From: a virus
Lineage: Duplodnaviria > Caudoviricetes
IMG/VR virus record: IMGVR_UViG_3300010282_000004
Coordinates: 32,001 to 96,000 of that record
Strand: one strand, 5' to 3'
Length of the DNA stretch: 64,000 nucleotides
Position 1 is the stretch's first letter; each line of letters starts with the position of its first letter. This document shows, one piece after another, positions 49,105-57,321 of this stretch. Under the pieces are notes generated by a model, which ran no database searches, was not told the origin of the DNA, and saw only the letters and a list, made by a program, of their open reading frames with translations. The position numbers and the translations under genes are program-made.

Positions 49105-49349
49105 TCGTAATCGGCTTATATGGAGAGCCAATGGTGTTTAGACTCTCCTACTTGACAGAACACTATCACTTGGGGCATAGATGGAATTCTAAAGTGATAG
49201 TATTATTTGACCGCCATACGGATTACAATCTCCGCTAGTTCCAGGACTAGGTAAAATTAACTACCTAAAAAAATTTCTTATGCAATAAATTGTTAATAGT
49301 TACATTGGTAAACTAATGGCGGTTAGCTCACCATATAAACCGATTACGA
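49105..49349 (-). ncRNA. Candidate structured RNA in the leader of the SleB-like gene
   Basis: 19-bp terminal stem (extendable to about 25 bp) enclosing several hairpins; stem mismatches are G-U on the minus strand. Confidence 0.55.
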
Positions 49350-49357
49350 TTTTGTTT

Positions 49358-49600
49358 TTACAAGAGCTTATATAAATCGTTTTCTGCCCTTGTATATTCT
49401 TTTTCAAATACATCCTTATATACTTTCCCATCTTTAAATCCAAGAAGAAGAAACGTATTGTAGAATGGCTCTAACTGATTGTTGCTATAATACTTCCCAA
49501 CATTGTCAGATTTAAGTTCACCTAAACGGCTAATAAGTCTGAATGAATCAATCTTCATCCTGTAGTACTCTTTCAAAATTTCCTTTTTACTTTCAAACAT
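49358..49600 (-). CDS. Hypothetical protein
   Basis: 80-aa ORF with an AAAGGTAGGG RBS-like sequence. Confidence 0.55.
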   Translation of the reverse strand: MFESKKEILKEYYRMKIDSFRLISRLGELKSDNVGKYYSNNQLEPFYNTFLLLGFKDGKVYKDVFEKEYTRAENDLYKLL

Positions 49601-49638
49601 TGTTATGCCCTACCTTTCTGATGTCTCTATAAGTTGTG

Positions 49639-49845
49639 CTATTTTGCATTGATACCTTCACAGTATTCTCTGAAGTATTCGATCATTGAACCTTCTTCCG
49701 GGAAAAACAAATCTACACCCTTCTCTGTAAATAACCATCCAAAGAAGTTCGAACACATTTGTCCGAAACGTAGGTCGTTCAAATACTTCTTGTGCAGCTC
49801 ACACATATCCTTATAAAAAGCATCTAATCTTTCTGGATTTCTCAT
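49639..49845 (-). CDS. Small conserved-type phage protein
   Basis: MRNPER..DLRFGQ..DLFFPE pattern common in phage proteins. Confidence 0.6.
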   Translation of the reverse strand: MRNPERLDAFYKDMCELHKKYLNDLRFGQMCSNFFGWLFTEKGVDLFFPEEGSMIEYFREYCEGINAK

Positions 49846-49969
49846 TTTTCATACTGTCCTTTCTTAATTCTAGTCTACGAGGTTTCCTCACTAGAGGAAT
49901 TATCTGACAATATTATGTGTCCTAGTTTTCTAGTGCCAACAACATATTGTATTGTTTTAGGTGTACATA

Positions 49970-50545
49970 CTAGAACTCTTTCTTGCCAATTAATTTGTTT
50001 ACTATTTCAATAACTTTTTCTTCAGCAATACTTAACTTAACCCGGCTCTTATCAACCACTTCACTGTATGCAGTGTTAAGTTCTTCTAATGCTTTAATAT
50101 TGGATTTATAATCGTTAATCATTGATTCATTATCAGCAATCAAAGCCTTATAAGTGTTGGCTTCTTCTTTTACTTCAGACTCTGTTGTATGAAGTACTTC
50201 ATTGGCTCTTTCCAAACTATCAAGCATCTTATTAACGTAGAGTTTATTGAATTCATCATCTAAGCCAAGATCGACTTTGTATAATGTGATAACAACACTA
50301 CTGTTCACGTCAGCCAATACGATCCAACAATCTTTAACAAACACTGATATGATTGTTTGTTTTTTGTTTTCTTTAGTCTGTTTCCCACAATAAATTATCT
50401 GACCAAACTCAATCATCTTGTTGATGTCTTCTTTAATCTTCGATTCGTTTTCAAGAACATACCGGTTAACATCTACTTTATGATCTCTGTCCATGATACG
50501 TTCTGCATAACGTTCCATGGCATGCTTTGATATGTTGTATTCCAT
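49970..50545 (-). CDS. Hypothetical protein (ISKHAMERY N-terminal domain plus coiled coil)
   Basis: AAGGAG RBS; HAxER motif; heptad C-terminus. Confidence 0.6.
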   Translation of the reverse strand: MEYNISKHAMERYAERIMDRDHKVDVNRYVLENESKIKEDINKMIEFGQIIYCGKQTKENKKQTIISVFVKDCWIVLADVNSSVVITLYKVDLGLDDEFNKLYVNKMLDSLERANEVLHTTESEVKEEANTYKALIADNESMINDYKSNIKALEELNTAYSEVVDKSRVKLSIAEEKVIEIVNKLIGKKEF

Positions 50546-50566
50546 ACGTACTCTCCTTCCTACAAA

Positions 50567-50610
50567 CAAAAAATAACTATGCGGATGGATTGTCCATCAC
50601 ACATAGTTAT
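50567..50610 (-). terminator. Terminator-like hairpin
   Basis: ATAACTATG..GATGGA-N3-TCCATC..CATAGTTAT followed by a T-run on the minus strand. Confidence 0.55.
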
Positions 50611-50640
50611 TCTCTGTTTTTTTTATTTTTATTTATTTTT

Positions 50641-51129
50641 TTAGTAATCTACTTTGATTATTTTTGATAAATCAATTTTTGTATTTGGTTCTTTAATAAC
50701 GTGTATGTTATTTTTAAATAGATCTTCTCTAAACTTTTTCGGTTCAATCTCTTTCAGTTCTTTTTCCAAATCTTCCACTGTCATTATTTTCATTTTTTGA
50801 CTCAATGCTCTTTCTAATTCTAACTTAGACCCATTAGACTTATTCCAACCGGGAATCATGTAGATAATTTCACACATGTCAAGCAGTTTATAGTCAATCT
50901 CCATATACTCATCATAACTCATGTCTGTTGGCAATATGTCATTCACTTTTGCTGGGTTGATAACAGAATAACCAAGGTCTTTTAGTTTGGTTTCTGCATT
51001 GTAAAAATTTTCTTTATAATCAGGCACTCCTGTAATACCGCCACTGATGTAAACTCTTTTGCCATAAGAGCCATCGCATAGTCTATCTATTTTGTTAATT
51101 GATGCAAGATCTTCTTTCCTAATACTCAT
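50641..51129 (-). CDS. DUF4406 / nucleoside 2-deoxyribosyltransferase-like protein
   Basis: RVYISGGITG, VINPA and LLDMCEIIYMIPGWNKSNGSKLE motifs. Confidence 0.75.
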   Translation of the reverse strand: MSIRKEDLASINKIDRLCDGSYGKRVYISGGITGVPDYKENFYNAETKLKDLGYSVINPAKVNDILPTDMSYDEYMEIDYKLLDMCEIIYMIPGWNKSNGSKLELERALSQKMKIMTVEDLEKELKEIEPKKFREDLFKNNIHVIKEPNTKIDLSKIIKVDY

Positions 51130-51132
51130 ACA

Positions 51133-51744
51133 TTATTCCCCCAACCACTTCTTGAATACATCATAATAATTACTACCACTATTGTTCGTTCCGTATAACT
51201 TTTTACAAATGGCCATAGCCAATCCTTTCTCAGGATCAAATTTTTCCTGCTTGCCCTTGCCATTCTTGCCAGCTTTAACTATTGTCTTTGTATCGTCTTC
51301 CCAAATTACAATTGTAGCCGGGTCGCTGAAGATTACTTTCTTGATATTTGGAACAGTATATGCTCCAATGTTTTTTAAAGGAATACTTATTATTGTATTG
51401 CCACCCCATGTAATATCTAACTCTATAGATAAATTTTTATCTCTATTCTCACGTTTGTAATTTTGTTCATAATATTCAAGTTCATGTTGCTTTAAAACAC
51501 AATTCATTATAGTACCAAAACAACCATATTCAACACCACAATTATAATCTACAGTTTTTATATTATATTTACCAACTGTATCACCAATACTATATTTATT
51601 TAATTTATTTAAATGATCTATACAAAATGTTTTCTTAATTCCAGTGGAAACATCAAATGCTATAGCATCAAGATTTGAAACTTTAGCAACCCTGAATACT
51701 CCGTTTAAGCACTTATGTCTAACAATATCTCCAACCTTAATCAT
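51133..51744 (-). CDS. Hypothetical phage protein
   Basis: C-terminal IKKVIFSDPATIVIWEDDTKTIVK..FDPEKGLAMAI domain common in gut phages. Confidence 0.65.
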   Translation of the reverse strand: MIKVGDIVRHKCLNGVFRVAKVSNLDAIAFDVSTGIKKTFCIDHLNKLNKYSIGDTVGKYNIKTVDYNCGVEYGCFGTIMNCVLKQHELEYYEQNYKRENRDKNLSIELDITWGGNTIISIPLKNIGAYTVPNIKKVIFSDPATIVIWEDDTKTIVKAGKNGKGKQEKFDPEKGLAMAICKKLYGTNNSGSNYYDVFKKWLGE

Positions 51745-51762
51745 CTTCTTGATCCTCTCTTT

Positions 51763-52098
51763 CTATAAAATAGGTCTCCCATTTAAAACCTTATCAATAT
51801 CAACCATCATCTGATCCATATCATCTTTATTTGACATAATATATCTATAAGTATCCTCTCCATTATACATTTCGTAGTAAGGCACATCTACACATCCAAG
51901 TACCCCATAGCAGTCAAGATACACAGATACATGTTTATTATTATAACTAATCCAAAATCTAGCCATAGCACCCATAAACGGTGGAATAATTTTCACTTCC
52001 CATTCCGGTTTAAAGTGTAGTGCTGGAATACAATTACACCAAGTTTCCCATTGTTCTTCTTTTTCAACTAATCTTCTACTATCATATGAGTTAATCAT
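51763..52098 (-). CDS. Hypothetical phage protein
   Basis: AGGAGG RBS before ATG 52098; IIPPF.GA.ARF and VSVYLD motifs. Confidence 0.6.
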   Translation of the reverse strand: MINSYDSRRLVEKEEQWETWCNCIPALHFKPEWEVKIIPPFMGAMARFWISYNNKHVSVYLDCYGVLGCVDVPYYEMYNGEDTYRYIMSNKDDMDQMMVDIDKVLNGRPIL

Positions 52099-52576
52099 AA
52101 ATATCCTCCTCATTTTCTTCATCATTAATTTCGAAAGTGTAATGTGTTCCTGGTACATTAGATGTTTTATCACCAACCGTAAATGATACATTAACATTTT
52201 CTTTGTTTACTTTTATTTCTTTTACAGTTGTAAGTCTATTGATATTAAATTTTCTACATATCATTTCAATCTCTTTTTTATGATTAACAAGGTATTCCAT
52301 AATGTCATTTATGATTTTAATTTCAGTGTTATCAATACCATAGTCTGTTGGATTAAATATTTTTCTATACTCATCATCTGGGATATATGCAAATTCATCT
52401 ACAGATGAATATATAATTGGGATAATCGTTTGATCTTCTTCCTTATCAATGTACTCCCCATTTGGCGAATACTCCAAATATACCTTAACATCCCACTCAT
52501 TAACCTCAACTTTCAAGTAATGTTCATTGTCTTTGTGTTTAATTAAAATGTTTGCAATGTCTTCTAGTAAGTTCAT
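52091..52576 (-). CDS. Hypothetical protein
   Basis: AAGGAG RBS; 161 aa. Confidence 0.6.
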   Translation of the reverse strand: MNLLEDIANILIKHKDNEHYLKVEVNEWDVKVYLEYSPNGEYIDKEEDQTIIPIIYSSVDEFAYIPDDEYRKIFNPTDYGIDNTEIKIINDIMEYLVNHKKEIEMICRKFNINRLTTVKEIKVNKENVNVSFTVGDKTSNVPGTHYTFEINDEENEEDIYD

Positions 52577-52640
52577 ATAACTATTCTCCTTCCTTATAAT
52601 TACCTAATATTTAATTCTCTGTTTTCTAATGAGATAAATC

Positions 52641-52675
52641 AAAAAAATAGCAGTGTGCATTACACACACCGCCAA
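52641..52675 (-). terminator. Intrinsic terminator
   Basis: Minus strand GGCGGTGTGT-GTAAT-GCACACTGCT followed by ATTTTTTT. Confidence 0.7.
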
Positions 52676-52729
52676 ATGAAAAGAGGTTTAAATATTGGAT
52701 ACGAAAAAATAAATATGAAAAACAAAACT

Positions 52730-52862
52730 AAGTGGTCGGGCAGAGCCTTTCACTCTTGCAGCACCCTTGCCAAGTTCAGGTACTTATTACTAAGTCGATT
52801 ACCTTGCTGATCGAGGGAATATTATTGTCTTGAATGTGTTTATCTTTCACCACCGACCACTT
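52730..52862 (-). ncRNA. Candidate small structured RNA
   Basis: Terminal stem AAGTGGTCGG/CCGACCACTT with internal hairpins; higher GC than flanks; no ORF; downstream terminator. Confidence 0.5.
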
Positions 52863-52881
52863 TAATATATTATTCTCTGTT

Positions 52882-53262
52882 TTAATATCTTTCATCATCT
52901 AAAATTTTAATAATACCACTTTCTTCCATATCGAATAGTCTATCTCTTAATTCTTCATTGCAATTATCAACTTCTTTTACAAATATAACATTGCCATTTT
53001 CAAATTCTTTTTTACATTCATTCATCAATTCAGTTTCATCATCATAAAAACATCCGTCCATTTCATCAAATGATCTAAATAGTTCTCCTCTGCTATCCTC
53101 TGGATAATAATCATCACTCTTTAACATAGACATAATTGTTTCACCAAAATCTTTAAGGAATGGATATTTATCAACTGTATCCTTATCAATCGGATCTTCA
53201 TTAAAACTTATAATAAAACTACTACTACTAGAATTTGTTACAAAATCTGTTCTAACCTTCAT
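52882..53262 (-). CDS. Protein with N-terminal MKVRTDFVTNSSSSSFII tag (copy 3)
   Basis: Tag shared with two neighbours; TAATG overlap with the upstream zinc-ribbon gene. Confidence 0.8.
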   Translation of the reverse strand: MKVRTDFVTNSSSSSFIISFNEDPIDKDTVDKYPFLKDFGETIMSMLKSDDYYPEDSRGELFRSFDEMDGCFYDDETELMNECKKEFENGNVIFVKEVDNCNEELRDRLFDMEESGIIKILDDERY

Positions 53263-53435
53263 TATTCATCTTCACCTTCTTCGTCTGGAATTGGAATACT
53301 ATATTCAATTTCTGCACCACAATTACAACAATGCAACACATGGACAATACCTTCACCTTCATAGCAGAAATCCTCAAACGTAAAGTCATTATCCCAAATT
53401 ACTGTCCGGCAACCACAATGAAAACATTCATACAT
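53262..53435 (-). CDS. Small zinc-ribbon protein (57 aa; not in the ORF track)
   Basis: GAGGTG RBS; MYECFHCGCRTVIWDNDFTFEDFCYEGEGIVHVLHCCNCGAEIEYSIPIPDEEGEDE contains two CxxC pairs. Confidence 0.75.
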   Translation of the reverse strand: MYECFHCGCRTVIWDNDFTFEDFCYEGEGIVHVLHCCNCGAEIEYSIPIPDEEGEDE

Positions 53436-53450
53436 TTTTATCTCACCTCA

Positions 53451-54173
53451 CTATCCCATATGATTACAACTAAATCTACTAACATCCATCAACTTATTTA
53501 CTACATAGGAAGGAATATTCCCACTTTCAGAGCTGACACACACTTTACCAAGTATATATAATGGTGCTTGTTCTTTTGTAATATTTAATTGCTTGGTTTT
53601 ATATTCAACTTCATCTTCGTTAAAATACCAATATAATATATCTTCTTTGATATCTTTATCTTTTATTTCATTAACACCATATTTCCCATAATGCAAAATG
53701 TCTACATCACTATTCCCAAATTCAAATATTGTAAATGGTGCATGTGGGAAATATTTATTATCAGACTTACTCATCTTATCAATCCAATATCTCTCATAGT
53801 TTTTATATGTATTACACTTTCTCCATTCATCTTCATACAAATAATCTAATGTGTTTACACCAAACATCTTATCCAATTTTAAATCAAGTTTGAATATTGC
53901 AATTTTATCACTTTTTTTATCTTCATACATATCTCTATCATACATAATTTGATAATACATATTATCACTATTGCCAGTTAGTTCAAACCTTGCTTTCGGA
54001 TCTATATTATCCTTTATGTAATTAAAAGCCTTGTTTAACTGTATTACATATTCTGCATAAAGCTTTTTAATCATCTGATACACTGACTCTACTGTAATAT
54101 CAGTATAGTCCTCTCTACCAATAATAAAGCTGCTTGAAGATGAGTTTGTTACAAAATCTGTTCTAATTTTCAT
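53451..54173 (-). CDS. Protein with N-terminal MKIRTDFVTNSSSSSFII tag (copy 2)
   Basis: AGGAGG RBS; shared tag; ends in CNHMG. Confidence 0.8.
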   Translation of the reverse strand: MKIRTDFVTNSSSSSFIIGREDYTDITVESVYQMIKKLYAEYVIQLNKAFNYIKDNIDPKARFELTGNSDNMYYQIMYDRDMYEDKKSDKIAIFKLDLKLDKMFGVNTLDYLYEDEWRKCNTYKNYERYWIDKMSKSDNKYFPHAPFTIFEFGNSDVDILHYGKYGVNEIKDKDIKEDILYWYFNEDEVEYKTKQLNITKEQAPLYILGKVCVSSESGNIPSYVVNKLMDVSRFSCNHMG

Positions 54174-54182
54174 ATCTTCCTC

Positions 54183-54668
54183 CTAGTCACAATAGCCACG
54201 TTCATAAGGTATGTCCCCGAAATATTCTTCGATTGTATTCCAATCGTATCTGTATTCACCAAGATTATCTACAATGTAATGATGATCATATTTTGTAATA
54301 TCTTCTTTACTCTCAGGGGCTTCTTCGTAATGATTTTTAAAACCACCAAAATACTTATCATTACGTAAATAGTATGGATTATCTGGTGTTGCTTTGCCAA
54401 CGTAATAGTTACCAGCTACACGTAAATACTCTGGATAATCTTCATCGAAGTCCATATGCTTAACCTTATATTCTTTCTTAGGTTTCTTCTTGGATTTGTT
54501 ATCCTCATCTTCGTCATAATCATCACCATAGTCATAGTATAAGTCATTGTATTCTTCATTAGCCATATCAATTAACTTCTTAATCAGTTTACCAAATGTA
54601 ATGTTTTTGGTATCAATAATAAAACTTGAACTACTACTGTTTGTTACAAAATCGTTTCTAATTTTCAT
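54183..54668 (-). CDS. Protein with N-terminal MKIRNDFVTNSSSSSFII tag (copy 1)
   Basis: ATGA overlap with the radical SAM stop codon; AAAGGAG RBS. Confidence 0.8.
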   Translation of the reverse strand: MKIRNDFVTNSSSSSFIIDTKNITFGKLIKKLIDMANEEYNDLYYDYGDDYDEDEDNKSKKKPKKEYKVKHMDFDEDYPEYLRVAGNYYVGKATPDNPYYLRNDKYFGGFKNHYEEAPESKEDITKYDHHYIVDNLGEYRYDWNTIEEYFGDIPYERGYCD

Positions 54669-55747
54669 AGTAAATTTTTCTCCTTTCTATCACACAATAC
54701 AATATTTCTTCTTATAGGGCATCCACCCATACACTCTCTTCTATTTGGGCATTCACTACAAGAATTTCTAAAATGACTTCTAAAGTCATCGAATTGTTTA
54801 CTATTCCATGCATTCTGAATTGTGTCATTGGAAATGTCATATGCCCATCTAAGTTCTTGATTGTCAAAGCTGCAAGGAATCATCTTCATATCAGATGTAA
54901 TATAACAAGACCAACGTCCACCCTCACAAGTATCGAAGCTATCATGGTTAATGTTTTTAGTATGGTTAATAAGTCCAGGAATGCTACATGAATCAAATCC
55001 GATTCCAAAATCAAATGTCTTTGTATCAATGAGTTCAAAAAATCTTTTAACCTTATCATCATTTACATTCAAGACATTTGCAGTACTTCCTTGACCAACA
55101 TCTTTATGTAATAACCAAATAACATTTCTAATACCATTTGGAAAATCATTTTTTTCAAGCCTTTCAATAGCCTCATCAATAGAGTTATTACCAAGGACAT
55201 AATGAATATTTGTTCTTACACCAGCTTTAAGCAACAACTCAATTGCTCTATAGGTATGCTCTTGTCTATACCAACTGATTGCAACTGCACCACAATACTC
55301 CTTACAAATATCAGCAATTCTTTCTGTAAAACCAAGACCTGATGATGTAAAATTCGGAACAATACCACATCTTCTTGAGTATGCTAATATCTCTTCAAAG
55401 TTTTCGTGCTGATCTACATCACCACGACCACCAAGGGCAAATGTATATGTTTTATTAACACATTCATCTGCAATCTTTTTAAAGTTTTCAAATGTCATAT
55501 TTGGCATTTTTGTTCCGAGACCATTTTGGTAACATTGCACACCGCCTTTAATGCATAACCCACTACAACCATGGATGCAATGTCCCATTATCCCTATATC
55601 AATTAACTCAGGAAAGTCAGCCATAAAAGGATCTACACCTGTGTCCTTACCATTCTCATCGATGACACCAGATCTCATATAGAACCCGGTCTTTGGATTA
55701 AACATTGATACAAAATTATTTTTTTTATCTATCTTCTTTATCATCAT
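54665..55747 (-). CDS. Radical SAM protein with SPASM domain
   Basis: Cys cluster CIHGCSGLCIKGGVQCYQ; ALGGRGD (GGE-like); SPASM motifs CEGG..ITSDMKMIPC and CSECPNRRECMGGCP. Confidence 0.9.
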   Translation of the reverse strand: MMIKKIDKKNNFVSMFNPKTGFYMRSGVIDENGKDTGVDPFMADFPELIDIGIMGHCIHGCSGLCIKGGVQCYQNGLGTKMPNMTFENFKKIADECVNKTYTFALGGRGDVDQHENFEEILAYSRRCGIVPNFTSSGLGFTERIADICKEYCGAVAISWYRQEHTYRAIELLLKAGVRTNIHYVLGNNSIDEAIERLEKNDFPNGIRNVIWLLHKDVGQGSTANVLNVNDDKVKRFFELIDTKTFDFGIGFDSCSIPGLINHTKNINHDSFDTCEGGRWSCYITSDMKMIPCSFDNQELRWAYDISNDTIQNAWNSKQFDDFRSHFRNSCSECPNRRECMGGCPIRRNIVLCDRKEKNLL

Positions 55748-55979
55748 ATAAACTTCTCCTATAAAAACTTACATTATTAAAATATTTGTTTTCATTAATA
55801 TATAATGGGTAGTTGTTTTTAACATCATACATTGCTCTATTACCAAAGTTTATAATAAACTCTGGTGCTTCATTAATCATTTGAGATAATATCTCATCAA
55901 TAACTTTATCTAAAATTTTAAATTGAAATTTCCTATCATTAACAATATTCTGCAACATTTTAAATCCTTCTATCATCAT
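55725..55979 (-). CDS. Hypothetical protein
   Basis: 84-aa ORF overlapping neighbours in the operon. Confidence 0.5.
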   Translation of the reverse strand: MMIEGFKMLQNIVNDRKFQFKILDKVIDEILSQMINEAPEFIINFGNRAMYDVKNNYPLYINENKYFNNVSFYRRSLYDDKEDR

Positions 55980-56373
55980 ATACTATCTCCCTATCACTCT
56001 TGCACCCATTTAATGCCCACGTTAAATTATCAATAATCTTAAGAATATCGCTTTCTTCGTATACGACAAAATAACTATTTTCATCATAATCATGATCACA
56101 TGTGTCGGTTGTTGTTTCACTGATTGAATTTTCTAATAAAATATAACCATCTTGTCTGTCCATTTTAACTTCAACATAATCTAACATGTGTAAAACACAA
56201 CAAAAATGACCACTATTTTCAGAAAAATAACCATCTTCAGTATGACCACATAAAATATTTAATCCATCAATGTCCATATCACCATTATATTTACCAAAGT
56301 TATCATCTACAATTTGACTAAACACAGTTCCATTTGGCATATGTGCTAATTCTTTTATGTTTACTATTTTCAT
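55960..56373 (-). CDS. Hypothetical phage protein
   Basis: MKIVN..L..MP.GTVF N-terminus typical of a phage protein family. Confidence 0.6.
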   Translation of the reverse strand: MKIVNIKELAHMPNGTVFSQIVDDNFGKYNGDMDIDGLNILCGHTEDGYFSENSGHFCCVLHMLDYVEVKMDRQDGYILLENSISETTTDTCDHDYDENSYFVVYEESDILKIIDNLTWALNGCKSDREIVYDDRRI

Positions 56374-56903
56374 AAATTGTTCTCCTCAATATACTTTTCT
56401 AATATTGTAAACTTTTCTTCCAATTTATTAAATCTTTCTCTTCTCTCTTTAATACGTTCTTCTTTCTCACGTCTAATTTCATCTTCAACTTTTTGAACAT
56501 GCTCCATGTTTTCGTACTTATATTGAGCAATCTTATCTGCAAAAATTTTCTTTGCATGTTCTTCATCTTCTGCTAATAAACTAATAGAATATTCGCCATT
56601 ATGATTAAAATGCATTTCGTTATTTTCATACCATTCAAATGGGTTACTCCAAGGTTTTTCAAGAGATTCTCTAGTAATATAAATTTTTCCATCAAATTTC
56701 CTACGACAAAAGAACCCAATTTTACCACGATACGTTTTCTTCATGTCTCTTAAATCAATCTTAACCTCATCAGTATCAAACTCTGTTATTGATGCATCTG
56801 GACATACATAGTCAACATACTGCTTTGCAATCTCATAGTTGTCTGTAACATGAGAAACATATCTATCAGAATATTCTCCAACTTCAATCACATATACTTT
56901 CAT
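56370..56903 (-). CDS. Hypothetical phage protein (paralogue of 56884-57321)
   Basis: MKVYVI..GEYSD motif; similar to its neighbour. Confidence 0.65.
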   Translation of the reverse strand: MKVYVIEVGEYSDRYVSHVTDNYEIAKQYVDYVCPDASITEFDTDEVKIDLRDMKKTYRGKIGFFCRRKFDGKIYITRESLEKPWSNPFEWYENNEMHFNHNGEYSISLLAEDEEHAKKIFADKIAQYKYENMEHVQKVEDEIRREKEERIKERRERFNKLEEKFTILEKYIEENNL

Positions 56904-57321
56904 CGCTCATTCTCCTTTTTTCTCTCAATTGTTTCCTAAACTCTGCAATCATTTTTTCTTCTTCAATATAATCGTTCATCATCTTCCTGAATTTCTTCTC
57001 AGCTTCTTCTCTATCGTTTGCAAAAATATGACCAATAGCAGTTCCACCATTAACACTAAACATATCGTTATCTATATCATCATCAGAAATACCTTCATTT
57101 TTAACAACAATAGGAGAATGAGGTTCTCTAGTACATTTATATAACTTTTTACCATTATATTTTTCTATAACTGGATCAACCTTTTCACATACCTTGTCTG
57201 AATCAAATTCTTTTATACTTGCATCAGGTCTAATATACTCAATAAATTTTTTTGCATATTCATAATCGTTAGTAATATAACGGACATCACCATAATAATT
57301 CGTTATTGCATATAATTTCAT
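56884..57321 (-). CDS. Hypothetical phage protein (paralogue of 56370-56903)
   Basis: Shares the T.DYE.AK..PDASI.EFD.D pattern. Confidence 0.65.
   Translation of the reverse strand: MKLYAITNYYGDVRYITNDYEYAKKFIEYIRPDASIKEFDSDKVCEKVDPVIEKYNGKKLYKCTREPHSPIVVKNEGISDDDIDNDMFSVNGGTAIGHIFANDREEAEKKFRKMMNDYIEEEKMIAEFRKQLREKRRMSDESICD

Noticed and set aside
49105-49349. Retron msr-msd
   Set aside because: Terminal inverted repeats are present, but there is no reverse transcriptase in the window.
49860-49965. Possible hammerhead ribozyme (CAGATAA-stem-GAAAC on the minus strand)
   Set aside because: The core deviates from CUGANGA at conserved positions and stems I/III are not convincing; only small hairpins are supported.
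54665-55747. Radical SAM protein as the NrdG activase
   Set aside because: It is much longer than NrdG, carries a SPASM domain and is coupled to the tagged genes rather than to nrdD.
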